Shown here piece by piece: positions 12,499 to 26,085 of a DNA stretch of 64,000 nt (within the stretch, counting starts at the first letter, position 1; each line of letters opens with the position of its first letter). The position numbers and the translations under genes are program-made. The DNA is from Camelus ferus (Eukaryota): the NCBI RefSeq assembly GCF_009834535.1, contig NC_045696.1, positions 37,884,001 through 37,948,000 of the forward strand. The letters run 5' to 3'. A model generated the notes under the pieces. The model was not told the origin of the DNA and ran no database searches. It worked only from the letters and a program-made list of their open reading frames with translations.

Positions 12499-12699
12499 CA
12501 AGGGTCAGTATATTTTTCTTTTTCTACAAAGACCAACTAGGAAATACTTTTAGTCTTTGTGGGTCAGAGGTTTCTGTTCTACCTACTAAACTTTGCCATT
12601 TTATCCTGAAAGCAGGACAGCTATGTTCCAATAAAACTTTATTTACAAAAGAGGAGGTGAACTGGATTTTGCCTGTGGGCTCTAGTTTGTCAATCCCTG
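12499..12699 (+). mobile_element. MER58A (hAT-Charlie MITE)
   Basis: Terminal inverted repeats caagggtcag.../...tcaatccctg and internal gttccaataaaactttatttacaaaa. Degenerate 8-bp TSD ttttaaaa/tcttaaag. Confidence 0.88.
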
Positions 12700-14350
12700 T
12701 CTTAAAGTAGAAACATATGCAAATTATGGTAACATTTAAGGTGTCAAATCTAAATATTCCACATTCATAATTAAAGTATGCACGCATAATGTATTTATTC
12801 TTATTAATAACCATTAATTAGACAGTGAAGTCTATTAATCTGAAAAGTACACTGTTATAAACATTAATGCTTTTGAGAGTCATTGGTAATCACAATAGTT
12901 CTATTTCTTCTTTCAGAAAATAAAAACAAAGAACAGAAAAAATTATGAAGTTATATAAAGGCAAATTTTGGTTCTCATACTGTTTTATGAGGTTTGCACA
13001 CTTTTTAGGTTTGATAGTTTTCCTATTTACATCTTAAAAATTGTCCCAAAGTACTAAAATAAAATTCTTCAATGAGTTGGGTATTTTCTTTACATATATA
13101 GTATGTTTCTCCTAAAAAAATGAAAGAAGTGATCTATAGATATACGTTAATAGGAAGTCTAACTCGACACAATACAAATTCACCTCAGAATATAACTTTT
13201 TATAACTGGCTGAATTTGGGGGCCACTATATGCAAAGGGTGAGAAATTTAAAATGATAAGTGGACATAGCTATGACCATACAAAATGGGACACCGTCTAT
13301 GTATATTCACTCTCCACTTTGCCCTTCCTATTGAGTGACTTACAAAACTGCCAACCATTTTGTAAACACCTCATCTTTTATTAAATCACTTCCTGCCCTT
13401 AATATCAAGAAATCGTTTCTTTCTCCAGCACTGAACCCTTACCTTTTCTGAGCTTTGTTATGCCATCACAACACATTTCAAAACTGTGCAGAGCAGAAAT
13501 GCCCACAAGGCTAGTTACACCAAGAGTGGGATTGTCCATTCTCTTCTTATCACACAACTCAAGTCACAATAAGGTACTCATGCTTGTTAGTTTTGCTGAA
13601 TAATAAATTCTGGTGCAAGGGGAGCACAGAACAAACATATTTATTTCAACATGTTAATTAAGATGGTGACAGATATAATAGAAAGATAGGTCAATTAATA
13701 ATAATAAATGCATTTGAAAAACCCCATGTGGCAAAAATTAATAAAAATTAATGCCTTATTACCTATGTATGTGGCAATAGGGAAGGAGGGTAGTTGTTCA
13801 AAGAAGAGTGTAACCCGGGTGACTAGATAAAGTAGGTTGTCATAAACTTAGATTATATATGAGAAGGAGGACATGCAAGTAATTGATAATTTAGGACATC
13901 ATACAGCTGAGGTTATTAAGGTATTTATGAGAAGGCTACTAGGTCATTATAATTAAGTGTTTGGGAAAGAGAAGCAGCCTTTTAAATGCCAGTGATGCAT
14001 CCCTAATCATGTATTCCAGAAATTATCTCATTAAACAAGTGAACTGGATCATGAGTGTATTATATTCATATTAAAATCACTGTCTTCGAAAGACTTATAT
14101 GAACATTTAGATAGATAGCACTTCACAATTCTATCAGTTATGTAGTATTATTTAATTTGAATGCACATGGTGCAGTTAACTTATTCATGAACATACTCAA
14201 ATGTAGACTTCCTCAAAATTAAACCAATTATAAAAGTCATATAAAAGTGGAAAACATTCATAGTTGTTCACAACATCATCTTCTTCAAGGGTAAATTTTA
14301 CATTAGTTATAGTTACTTTTGCAGGGATGCAGTTATATAATTTACTTCTA

Positions 14351-15975
14351 AAAATTTTTATTGATGTATAGTCTGTTTACAAGGTGTCAATTTCTGGTAT
14401 AAAGCATCATGTTTCAGTAATATCTATACATACATATATTGATTTTCATATTCATTTTCATGTTAGCTTAGTATAAGATATTGAATATAGTTCCCTATGC
14501 TACAGAAGAAACTTGTTGCTTATCTGTTTTATATATAGAAGTTAATATTTGCAAATCTCAAACACCCATCCCCTTTTCCCCCTGGTAACCATAAATTTGT
14601 TTACTATATCTGTGAGTCTATTTCTGTTTTGGAGACAAGTTCATTAGTGTCTTTTTTTTTTTTTTTCTTTTTTAGATTCCACATATGAGTAAAATCATGT
14701 ATTATTTTTCTTAATCTTTCTGGCTTACTTCATTTAGAATGATGATCTCCAGGTTCATCCATGTTGCTGCAAATACCATTATTTTCTTCTTTTTTATGGC
14801 TAAGAAGTATTTCATTGCATGAATATACCACAACTACTTTATCCAGTGTATGTCAATGGACATTTAGGTTGTTTACATGTCTTGGCTACTGTATATAGTG
14901 CTGATATGATCATTGGGGTGCATGTATATTTTTGAATTACAGTTCCCTCTACATATATGCCCAGGAGTGAGAGAGCTCTATCATTTTAGTTTTTGAGGAA
15001 TCTCTCTACTGTTTCCATAATGGCTGCGCCAAATTACATTTCCACCAACAGTGTAGGAGGGTTCCCATTTCTCCACACCCTCTCCAGCATTTATCATTTG
15101 TGGAGTTTTTAATGATGACCAGGCTGGTGTGAGATGATACTACTGTAGTTTTGATTTGCATTTCTCTGATAATTAGTTATACTGTGCATTTTTTCAAGTG
15201 CCTATTGGCCATTTGTATGTCTTCATTGGAGAACTGCTTGTTTAGGCCTTTTGACCATTTTTGGATTTGGTTGGTTGTTTTTTTGTAATTAAGTTGTATG
15301 AGATGTTTATATATTCTGAAAATTAAGCCCTTGTCAGTCACATCATTTGCAAATATTTTCTCCCATTCCATAGGTTGTCTTTTTGTTTTGCTTATGGTAT
15401 CCTTTGCTGTGCAAAACCTTATAAGTTTAATTAGGTCCCACTTGTTTATTTTTGCTTTGATTTCTATTGCCTGGGTAGACCGCCCTAGGAGAACATTGCT
15501 AAGATTTATGCCAGAAAATAGTTTGCCTATGGATTCCTCTAAGAGGTTTATAATATCTTGCCTTATATTTAACTCTTTAAGCCATTTTGAGTTTATTTTT
15601 GTGTATGGTGTGAGGGAGTATTCTAACTTCATTAATTTATATGCAGCTGTCCAGTTTTCCCAACACCACTTACTGAAGAGACTGTCTTTTCTCCATTGTA
15701 TACTCTTCCCTCCTTTGTCAAAGATTCATTGATTCTAAGTCTGTGAGTTTATTTCTGGGCTCTCTATGCTGTTCCATTGATCCATATGTCTGCTTTTGTG
15801 CCAGAACAACACTGTTTTGATTGCTGTACCTCTGAAGTATTGTATGAAGTCTGGAAGGGTTCTTTTTCATCAGTATTGTTTTGGCAATTCTGGGTCTTTT
15901 GTGAGTCCATATAAATTTTAGGATTATTTGTTCTAGTTCAGTGAAAAATGCCCTCTGGGATAGCTGATAAGGTGG
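14351..15975 (-). mobile_element. Lineage-specific L1, 3' part of ORF2 plus 3' UTR
   Basis: ORF 15177-15632(-) is L1 ORF2 C-terminal sequence (LTPYTKINSKWLKELN...KWDLIKL..FCTAK). The 3' UTR matches the other young L1 tails here. Confidence 0.95.
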
Positions 15976-16468
15976 CTATGGCCTGGCTGCCATTCTCCCT
16001 TCCCCACCATGTGCAACAGCAATAGTGCTTTTTATGGAGGTTCTGGCTTGCCTCCGCTGGCTCACGTCTTGGTCCTAGAGATTACAAGGACCCTCTGTGC
16101 TGGCTTCTCTCAGTTCCGCCTGCCAAGCAGTTGCTTCTATCTCCTCTGAGGCTTGGAAGCTCCCTTTCTGTCCCTGCTGACCTCCCTGATGGAGAGGGGG
16201 CAACCCAGAGTGGGGGCACTTTTCCTCCTTTGCCACTCTCTCATCATGAGACAGGTCCCACATTGATTTCCTTTTTCTTTTTTTCTTTTTTTTTCTCCTA
16301 CCTGTTTTTGTGAGGAACCTTCCTGAATTTCTGAGGTAAGAGATATTCTTTCAAAGTTCAGTAGGTATTTTGTGTGAATTGTTCAGTCTGTAGGTGTAAT
16401 TTTTGGTGTCTTTGTGGGAGAGGATGAGCTATGAGTCCTTCTACTCCAACATCTTTGCAATACCCCCC
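15976..16468 (-). mobile_element. L1 5' UTR start, abutting the ORF2 3' fragment
   Basis: On the - strand it begins gggggg..caaagatgttggagtagaaggactcatagctcatcctctcccacaaagacacc, the artiodactyl L1 5' terminus pattern (caagatggcgga YY1-type motif, CpG-decayed). Confidence 0.8.
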
Positions 16469-16914
16469 AGAATTTCTTGAACACGTGGATGAATAGAGAA
16501 TAACTATAAATATTGTAGTCCTTTGAAGGTACTCATGTATCCTATATTTATAAATAAATGGAAGTCATTTAGTAAAATAAGAATATAATTCAGGATCCTT
16601 GATTTTCGTAAAGAAACATTATTTTTGTATATACCTGTTACTCAGAGAATATAAACATTACTTCAGTGACCAACACTGAATATCTTTGGCTTTGATACCT
16701 TCTGGTAACATCAAGTATAATAGGTAAATCTATCCTATTCTAGATACTTAAGAATGATACAAAAAAATGATAACAGTAATTCAGCAATTATCTCTCCAGT
16801 TGTGTTAAACGTTGTAATTGAATCAATCCATATTATCAGTATGCTGCATATTTATTTCACTCTTTCCTCCCTCTCCAGCCTCCATATTCTAACTCACCAT
16901 TGGTTTCATCTCAT

Positions 16915-17110
16915 TAATAATAAAAACAGTAAATATTTATGGAATATGGATGATATGCCAGGTGTTCTGCTCAACCTTTGCCTTAATTAACTTATGACTC
17001 TTCAAAAATGGGTTGTTTTATCTCTAGAGATATGGAAAGATTTCTAAAGAAATTGTGTCTTGCATAATTTTAAAGGATTCAATTCCAGGTACACAGCTTT
17101 CAAATGTAAT
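16915..17110 (-). mobile_element. Degenerate MIR fragment
   Basis: aatatttat..atgccaggtgttctgct...ggattcaattccagg. Confidence 0.45.
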
Positions 17111-17470
17111 AGTTCCTAAATTCCCAATTTTTTAAACATCTATGTTTATGCTTATTCTCTTATCTTCTTTCCTCTTTCACAATAGTCTTTTTCCATAATA
17201 TGAAAAAAGCAGAATTTGTCACTGACAATTAATTCTATAATGACTCACAAACAGGATATTTCAAAATATTAGTGTTTATGTCAAGAAATGAAAATACGAA
17301 TAACAAATGACTCATTAAAGTTTTTCAAATCAGATAATGTGCACTTACTTTTATCAAAAAGTTTTGAAGGGGGACCCTCAGCTTGGGTTCCAAAAATACG
17401 GAAAATTTTCTAGTACTTTGAGTGTTATATACTTTAAGTGAAAGGTGAATTCAAGAACAAATTTCCTTAG

Positions 17471-17727
17471 GTTTCATCACTATCCTATTGCTATCACTGC
17501 CTGATAGGGTCCTTTTCCTTGGTATACAAACACTTTCAATCTCTGACGTTTCTTCCAAAAGACCAGATCTGGGTTGTGGGTCACTTAAGGATTCTTAGAA
17601 GAAGGTTGAGGAAAGACTACTGGTATACGTTGAAAAGAAGATGGGGTGTACTGCATGAGTCCTCTGCAATCATTAGCCCTGTCTACTTGTGTAATGCAGA
17701 GTCTAAATTTAGAGGTGATATTTCTAG
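17471..17727 (+). pseudogene. Candidate (relic) exon, 257 nt, one frame fully open
   Basis: Acceptor atttccttag ends at 17470 and donor AG|gtgagt starts at 17728. Frame 0 is open for 85 codons. The sequence is non-repeat. Confidence 0.35.
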
Positions 17728-18082
17728 GTGAGTAGGAAGTCTGTCATTAACTCATAGGAAAGGGCTGATGAACTCAAGAAGGATAGATATTAATTTCATT
17801 AAATCACTGACCTTAACGTTCTTAAACTAGACATTAATAATTAAAACTAGACATTTAAATTAAAATAATTTAAAAGTCTCATGCATGTGTAAATTAAACA
17901 ATATAAGCTTCTAAGTAACTCATTGGTCAAAGAGAAAAAAGGAATATTATATTTGAATCAAATAAAAATTAACAGTATAATATATTAAAAATTCACAGTG
18001 TGCAGTTAAATGATAGCACTAAATTCTTCCTTCGAAGAGAGAGTCCGTATCAATGATCTAAGCCTCACTTAAGAATCTATGA

Positions 18083-18170
18083 GATATGTATGTTCATGTG
18101 TGACTCAAACATTATGCAGTACACTGGAAATTGACACACTGTAAACTGACTATACTTAAATAAAAATATA
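18083..18170 (+). mobile_element. Short lineage-specific L1 3' tail inside the old L1
   Basis: atatgtatgttcatgtgtgact...ggaaattgacacactgtaaactgactatactt. Degenerate TSD aagaatctatgaga/aaaaacctacaaga. Confidence 0.85.
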
Positions 18171-18470
18171 TACAAAAAACCTACAAGAAAATAAAAGTAA
18201 ATTAAACTCAAACAAGCTGAAAGAAAGATTTATTAAAGAACAGTCTATTAATAAAACTGAAAACAAATCAAAAACTAAAAATGTAAAGAAATAATCAATG
18301 AAACCAAAAAGCAGTTCTTTGAAAATACCCCTAGTATTGATAAAATTCTCACTAAGGTGAAGAGAAATAGACAGACAGACATACACCCACGCATATACAA
18401 ACTACAAGCATTAGAAAAGGAGGAGAAACCACATCATACCTTACTGATATTAAAAAATAATAAGGGAGTA

Positions 18471-18951
18471 CAGATATTCCTCCACTTAATTGGGTTATGT
18501 CCCAGGAAAGTCACTGCATATTGAAAATATTTTAAATTGAGAAAGCATGTAAAAGCTTAACCTAACAAACATCATAGCTTTGCCTAGCATATGTCAAACT
18601 TGCTCAGAACACTTAAAATAGTCTAAAATTGGGCAAACATCATTTAATACAAAGCCTGTTTTATAATGAAGTGTTGGATATCTCATGTAATTCATTGAAT
18701 ACCATATAAAGTAAAAACCGGACAGTTGTATGGGTACAGAATAATTGTCCGTATATTGGTTGTTTTCCCTTGTGGTCCTGTGGCTAACTGGGAATTGCAG
18801 CTCCCTCAGTATCATGAGTATTATACTGTGTATCTCTAGCCTGGGGAAAGATCAAAATTCAAAATTCCAAGTATGGTTTCTACTGAATGGATATCACCAT
18901 TTTTAAGTAGAAAAATCATAAGTTGAAACACTGCAAGTCAAGGACCATCTG
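18471..18951 (+). mobile_element. Tigger5b/MER47-type TcMar-Tigger non-autonomous element
   Basis: TA|cagatattcctccactta...caagtcaaggaccatctg|CA termini, with internal aacatcatagctt and aagatcaaaattcaaaatt. Confidence 0.88.
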
Positions 18952-21455
18952 CACAACACATTTTTGACCATAAGTTTGAAGATTTAGATGGGATTATATA
19001 ATTCCTTGAAAAATTCAAACTAGTCATCATCATCCAAGGAGAAGCAATAATCTGAATAGGTCTATATCTAATAATGATATTGAATCTGTAGCTTAAAAAT
19101 GTTCAATCTAAGAAAATCCTAGGCTCTGATAGACTTCCTGATGAGTTCTACCAAACACTGAAAGGAGAAAAGTGACCAATTGTATATAACTCTTCCAGAA
19201 AAATGAAAGAGGAGGGAATACTTCTGAATTATTTCAGAAGACTATCATTACCTTAGTAAAAAAAAAGTGAGGAAAAAATTATAGACTGATATCCCTCATG
19301 AACACACAAAAGTCTTCAATAAAAACAGCAATATATAGAACAGAAATCCAGCAATATGTAAAATACAATACAATACATCATAACCAATTTTTGGTTTATC
19401 TCAGGAATGTAAGGTTGATTCAATATTTGAATATCAATGAAACTCACCATATTAACAGACAAAAGATGAACACCCACATTCCAAAAGATGCAGCAAAGTT
19501 CCCTAACAAAACTTGACATTTACCCACGATAAAAAATCTAGACAACCTAGGAATAGGAGAGAATATCTTCAACCCCCTAAACAGCATCAAAAACAATAAT
19601 ATACACACAAAAAATACAACTAATATTATAATTAACAATAAAAGTCTAATCAGTTTTACCTAAAGCTTGAAACAAAGTGAGAATGACTACTCTCACCACT
19701 AAGTAAATACCTCTATTTAATATCATACCGGAGGTACTAGGTAGGTAGTGCAATCAAGCAAGATACATAAATACAAAATATACATACTGGAAAGAAAACA
19801 AACAAAATCCCCAATTTACAGATAACTTGTTTGTCTATGTAGACTATGCCACAAAATCTACCAAAAAAGTTATTTGAATAATGAATAAGTTTAATAATGT
19901 CACAGCAATGATGCAATATGTTAAAGTTGATTATATTTCAAGTATGAAAAATAACTAATTGAAAATTAAAGATTTTATTGTACCATTTCCTGTAACACAA
20001 GTACCATGAAATACTTAGTTGTAAGTCTATCAAGATACAGTGCAAAGATCTGTATGCTGAAAATTATAAAACAGTGGTGAAAGAAATCAAAGGAGACCTA
20101 AATAAACAGAGATGTGCACTATGCTCATGAATTGGAAGTCTCCATAGTGTGATGGTGTCGGTATCAGCAATCTGAACTACTACAGTCCCATTGAAAATCC
20201 ATGTTGTTGTTTTTTTTAATAGAAATCAATAATCCCTTCAAAAGTAACTAGAATATCCAAAGTATATTTTTAAAAAAACAAACTTTTAGGGCTTAAACTA
20301 TAGGATTTGATTTTGCAACCTAAAGCTTTTGTAGACAAGACAGAGTTTGTATTGGCCAAAGGATAGACACATAGTCAATACAATGGAATAAAGAGTCCAG
20401 AAATAAATTCATGTATATGGTCAACTGATTTTCAACAATTTTGCAAAATTCTGACAAGATGCAGAGTACCTGAAGCTCTTATATATTGCAAGTGGGACTG
20501 CAAATTGATACAGCAACTTTGGAAAAATATATGAATGTTAAGTATAAAGTTAAACACCCACATAAAATAAGACCCAACAATTCCTGTGCTAAATATTAAC
20601 TAAGTGAAATGAAACTTTATGATCACACTAAAAACCCTGTCTGAAAATGTTTATAGCAAATTTAGTGATAATTTCCAAAAACCAAAAACACCCCAAATAC
20701 CCTTCAACTGGTTAATGAATAAACCATTAAGGTATATCCATATATGAGTTACTCAGTAATAATAACAACAAACTATTAATATATGCAACATAATTTAATC
20801 TCAAATATATTATGCTAAATAATAGAAGTCAAACTAAAATATCTGTATATGGTAAAACCCATTTATATGACATTAAGAAAAGGCAAAACTTTACATAAAG
20901 AAAATAGATCAGTGCTTCTTGGAGGCTGTGACTGGGAGAACATTTTAGCTGCAAAAGCTCACAGGGAAATTATGCAGGGGACGATGGAGCTGTTCTACAT
21001 CTTGCAGTGGTAGTTATAAGACAGTATTTTTTTTCAAAATTCACAGAATTGTACACTAAAACCAGTAAAATTTTACAATTGGTAAATTATACCTTGATTA
21101 AAAAGATGTTAAAAAAATCCATTGATCAACTAATATGTGATCTTGATAAACATATTGGAAGAAATTTAAATGATTATGTGAACTTGCTATAAGGAAATTC
21201 CTTTCATTTCCACCTACTTATTTATTTCAACACCATTTCCTAGTGCTTACATAGCAAAAATGATATATAGCAATAGAATTTTACCTAAACCTCTCTTATT
21301 TCAACATTAAGTGATAGTCATGGATGCATGAATTAATTGTGAAGTGTAAAACTTTATTATTTTATATCTATTTTACATCTATGTCACTAATAGATGTATT
21401 TACAAACAAATTTCATTCATGTGTATTGTTTATCTATTAAAAAAGTAGTATATTA

Positions 21456-22572
21456 TGGGACTTAATTAAACTTACCAGCTTCTACACAGCAAAGGAAACC
21501 ATAAGTAAAACAAAACGACAACCTACGGAATGGGAGAAAATTTTTGCAATGAAACTGACAAAGGCTTGATCTGCAGAATACATAAGCAGCTCATAAAACT
21601 TAACAAGAAAGAAACAAACAACCCAATCCAAAAATGGGCAAAAGACCTAAACAAGCAATTCTCCAAGGAAGAAATACAAATGATCAATAGGAACATGAAA
21701 AAATGCTCAATATCACTAATTATCAGAGAAATGCAAATCAAAACTATAATGAGGTATCACCTCACACCAGTCAGAACGGCCATCATTCACAAGTCCACAA
21801 ATGACAAATGCTGGAGAGGTTGTGGAGAAAAGGGAACCCTCCTACACTGCTGGTGGGAATGCAGTTTGATGCAGCCACTATGGAAAACAGTATGGAGATT
21901 CCTCAAAAGACTAGGGATAGACTTACCATATGACCCAGGAATCCCGCTCCTGGGCATATATCCAGGAGGAACCCTACTTCAAAATGACACCTGCACCCCA
22001 ATGTTCATAGCAGCACTATTTACAATAGCCAAGACATGGAAATAGCCTAAATGTCCATCAACAGATGACGGGATAAAGAAGAAGTGGTATATTTATACAA
22101 TGGAATACTATTTAGCCATAAAAACTGACAACATAATGCCATTTGCAGCAACATGGATGTTCCTGGAGAATGTCATTCTAAGTGAAGTAAGCCAGAAAGA
22201 GAAAGAAAAATACCATATGAGATTGCTCATATGTGGAATCTTAAAAAAAAAAAAAAAAAGAACATAAATACAAAACAGAAACAGACTCACAGTCATAGAA
22301 TATAAACTTGTGGTTGCCAAGGGGGCAGGGGGTGGGAGGGACAAAGTGGCATTTCAAAATGTAGAACAGATAAACAAGATTATACTGTATAGCACAGGGA
22401 AATATATACAAGATCTTATGGTAGCTCACAGAGAAAAAAAATGTGACAATGAATATATGTATGTTCATGTATAACTGAAAAATTGTGCTTTATACTGGAA
22501 TTTGACACAACATTGTAAAATGACTATAACTCAATCAAAAATGTGGAAAGAAAGAAAGAAAGAAAGAAAATT
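21456..22572 (+). mobile_element. Young 5'-truncated L1 (ORF2 C-terminus, 3' UTR, tail) with perfect TSD
   Basis: ORF 21530-22045 carries the ORF2 Cys-rich motif [19 protein letters not shown]. Perfect 16-bp TSD aaaaagtagtatatta (21440-21455 / 22573-22588) at a TT|AAAA endonuclease site. Confidence 0.97.
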
Positions 22573-25033
22573 AAAAAGTAGTATATTACCATATTGTGAA
22601 TTAATATATTACCATCAATGATAGAAAGAATTATTTTGTATTTGAGATTTAAAAAAAATAAGATTATATATAATTGAATAATATACAATTAATAATATAG
22701 TAATATTTAAATATTATATAGTATTCTATATTGGTATATTAATACAAATTATAACATAGGAGATAGGTGTTCATCATTATTTATCACTCTCATATGATTT
22801 CCAATTTATGTGATACATTAATACATAATATATAAATGTATAAATACTAATAATATTGTCACTACACCACTAGAAAGGTATGCTATTGTTATAGATGAAA
22901 ATATTAATCATAAAATATGGCTTTAGGATAAATTTTATTGAAAAAGTGGAATGCAAGGATAAGTTCGTTTTCCCTGGTTTGCAATTAAAGAAAAACTAAG
23001 CAAAAAACAAATTAAAACAGAAGCAGAAAATTAGAAATTAACTAATTTGATCAGTGTCACTTAGTGGTGGGTAATGCCTGCTACTTAGGACTAATCCAGA
23101 TCTATGTAACACTAACACTCAAGTCCACGTGTTCTTCTTTGACACAGTGGCAGAATTTTCAAAGAATCTATCCAGAAAACAGACATAAATGGCAGTGCTT
23201 TGCGGTTTTGTTGCTAGACTTTTTTAATCAATTATACTCTTTGCATTACCTTTCAATACGTTTTATATAAAAAGTCCTCCATTGCTGATTTCAGAGTTGA
23301 TCTGCATTAAAAAGTTTGCTTATCTTAATCAATGTGTTGCCTCATGTGGCTTGGTTTTTTGGTTGTTGTTGTGGTTGTTTTTACGTGTTTGTTTTTGCAT
23401 ACAACTGAAATTATATAATCTTTCATTTTTATTTTTGCCTTTTATGGTAGGTAGTTCAAAATGAACATAAGGATAAGTTTTTACAGAAGGCTTCAATCTG
23501 AGTTGTAGATGTTCCCCACTGTATAGATGCTTAACACATGTGTGTGTCTTTGTGCATTTGAAAGATTTGCAAGAAACATATATAGTATTATATTTATATT
23601 TCTTACTCAATGGATTTTAATTAATTAATCACAATAATCTAACTAAATCTAAAAACCATTTTTAATAATCTCCTTTATTAGATGACCTTTCAATTTATCC
23701 ATATTACTAAGTCAATCCTATGCTGATGTTTAACTGTAGACCACCTTAAATTATTTGGGGACTAAGTGGAAAACAAATACACAGAGAGGCTCTAGTAACT
23801 CTTAAACTATAATTAAAATCTGAACCCTTGAAGATGGATAGAAGGAAAGAAAATGCTTTTGTTTTTGAACATTTTTTGTTTTAAATATGATGTACAGATT
23901 ATAATATGCTACTTTAATAGGCTGAAATGAAATCTATTTGCTTATGTCAAATTTGAATTTCAGAAACAGACTACTTACTGAATGTCGAATGTCAGAAGTT
24001 GAAATGAAACAAATGTGGAAAGGTCTCTCTAAATGTCACACCTATTCTTTTCAAACCAGAATTAGATTAATTTAGCTCATTAATTAACTGACTGATATTT
24101 TGCAGAGCAACAATTTGTATAGGGTATCAAAGTCACTATTTCAGTGTGCAAAGAACTAGAAATACAATTTCCTGTCCTTTAAAAGTGAATCATGAGTATT
24201 ACATATTAATTGCCTCTTAAATTCCTACTTGAAATAACACAAAATCCTCAAAGACAATAAATTTCTTTACATTTACATATCCCTAAACATAAATTTGACT
24301 AAAAATGACCATTAGGAAATGCAAAATTAATTTTAGAGGAATTTTATATTTCCTGTCTTCATTTTAATTTTGAAGAGATTCTAGAAATAATATTTTTCAT
24401 GCACTCAAAAGTATTCTAAATTAATATGCTTTTATTTCTTAACTGCTTTTAAAAAGCATGTAAAGTAAAATCTGTGAAGATTAGTTAAATGTGGAATAGC
24501 CTATTTTACTATTTACTCAGTTTTACCAAAAATTACATATCACAGATGTCTTAATTAGAAAGCTGAAAGATTTTGACATAAACCTTATGCAAACATCCCT
24601 GAAACTTTATATAATTTCACTTCTTTAATTCATTTTTATAAAATATAAGTGATATTTTAGACATTTTCCTACTTAGTTTATTATTTTTAAGGAGGAACAT
24701 ATTGTGTTAATATAATTTTCAGTTTCTAGGAAGAAACTATTTTTATGTCTCCATTAGTCAATCTAAAACTTTATTATTTCAAAAGCAGATGATTCTTCTA
24801 AGTAATGCTTTTTAAAATGTAGCCAATTTCCAAGATAACATAATAATAATAGAATCAGAAGATATGAAAGTGACTTAAAGGTGATCTAGAACATCTCTCA
24901 AGGGAGATAATGACTTTTCAGGCATTCTCCCCCAAGTGAAATCAATCTCTAATTGATCCACACATTTGTGTCCAATTGATAGGAAATGATTATTCCTATC
25001 TCTATTTTGTAAATGACAACTTTGTGTTTCCAG

Positions 25034-25059
25034 CTTTCATCCTTCTAAAAAACCTATAT
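25034..25059 (+). other. Candidate 26-nt micro-exon
   Basis: Acceptor tttgtgtttccag and donor gtgagt at 25060. The next acceptor ttttcttacag ends at 25149, giving a 90-nt intron. Confidence 0.25.
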
Positions 25060-25753
25060 GTGAGTCAACTGTATTTTTTGTACAATAAATTTCATTGCAT
25101 TTCTTATTTCAAATACTTATATCCACAGTGATTACAAATTTTCTTACAGATAGTTCCAGATGAATTTGGGTTTGTTTATTATTTTTCTATGTCCTATATG
25201 CAAGCTAAATGCCTATCAAGGACCACTTTCACTTAATATACCTGGAAAGCAAGGAGGTCCCAAATGGTACCATCTATTAGTCAAGTGTTGTCCAAACCTT
25301 CTGTCTTTCTCTACAAGAGGCCATTGATGATTCTGATGTTCATCTGGCACAGACACAGGGACTAAAAGGTTCAGTGTCACTACTTACACAACAGCCACCT
25401 GAGGTTGGACCAGAAACGACTTAGAGCAGGCTACGCTTCTTTCAGTGAATACATATCTCACTTCCATGAGCATATACACATATTCAGGAGCACAGATATC
25501 ACATGTAACACTTGGCTCAAAGGAGAAAAAGAATTAATATTATGTATAAACTATGAAGTGTCATTGGAAAAAACTGAGGTGTTTATCCCACCCTCATAAT
25601 TTAAGATACACACCCTCAAATAATAAAACCTTATAAAGCTATTGTATTGGTCCACTCTGTGGGTTCTAACCTTAAATCCTGTAGCTAGGATCTGCAACTG
25701 TTTTCAAAGGCACATTTTTATTTAACTTCATTGTGACTTTTAATATTCATCAG

Positions 25754-25964
25754 AGTTGGTCCTGATCTTGAATCCATCACCTAGAAAGATAGAGAGTAAT
25801 CATTCCTTAAAAATTGATTCAAAGATTCCAGAGGGAGAAAAAAGTCTGTGGTCTTTGGAACTCATCCCTCTGAAAACTATTAGGAGGGTATGGAAAAAAT
25901 GAAGGGCATTGTGTATTTTGCAGAAGAGTTTCAACTGGACCCTATGGTCCAGAGTGGACATACA
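25754..25964 (+). pseudogene. Candidate relic exon
   Basis: Acceptor ttttaatattcatcag and donor gtaagg. One frame reads VGPDLESIT*KDRE*SFLKN*FKDSRGRKKSVVFGTHPSENY*EGMEKMKGIVYFAEEFQLDPMVQSGHT. Confidence 0.3.
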
Positions 25965-26062
25965 GTAAGGGAAATTCCAAGGTTTATTTCTTTAGGGCTC
26001 TTTCCGCCAGGCTAATTTGCAGTTACATTTCTTTATTATTTGATTGTTCAGCAGGATAACTT

Positions 26063-26085
26063 CACACACACACACACACACACAC
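26063..26085 (+). repeat. (CA)11 microsatellite
   Basis: Seen directly. Confidence 0.95.

Larger units (their letters stand above)
17860..21105 (+). mobile_element. Old L1 (L1MD/L1ME-type) ORF2 plus 3' UTR, interrupted by younger inserts
   Basis: Degenerate ORF2 motifs (gagttctaccaaacac, tatagactgatatccctcatgaacac, atatggtcaactgattttcaacaa). 3' end ggcaaaact...agatcagtg...aaattatacct. Confidence 0.85.

Noticed and set aside
15177..22045. ORFs 15177-15632 and 21530-22045 as host proteins
   Set aside because: Both are L1 ORF2 C-terminal fragments within truncated elements.
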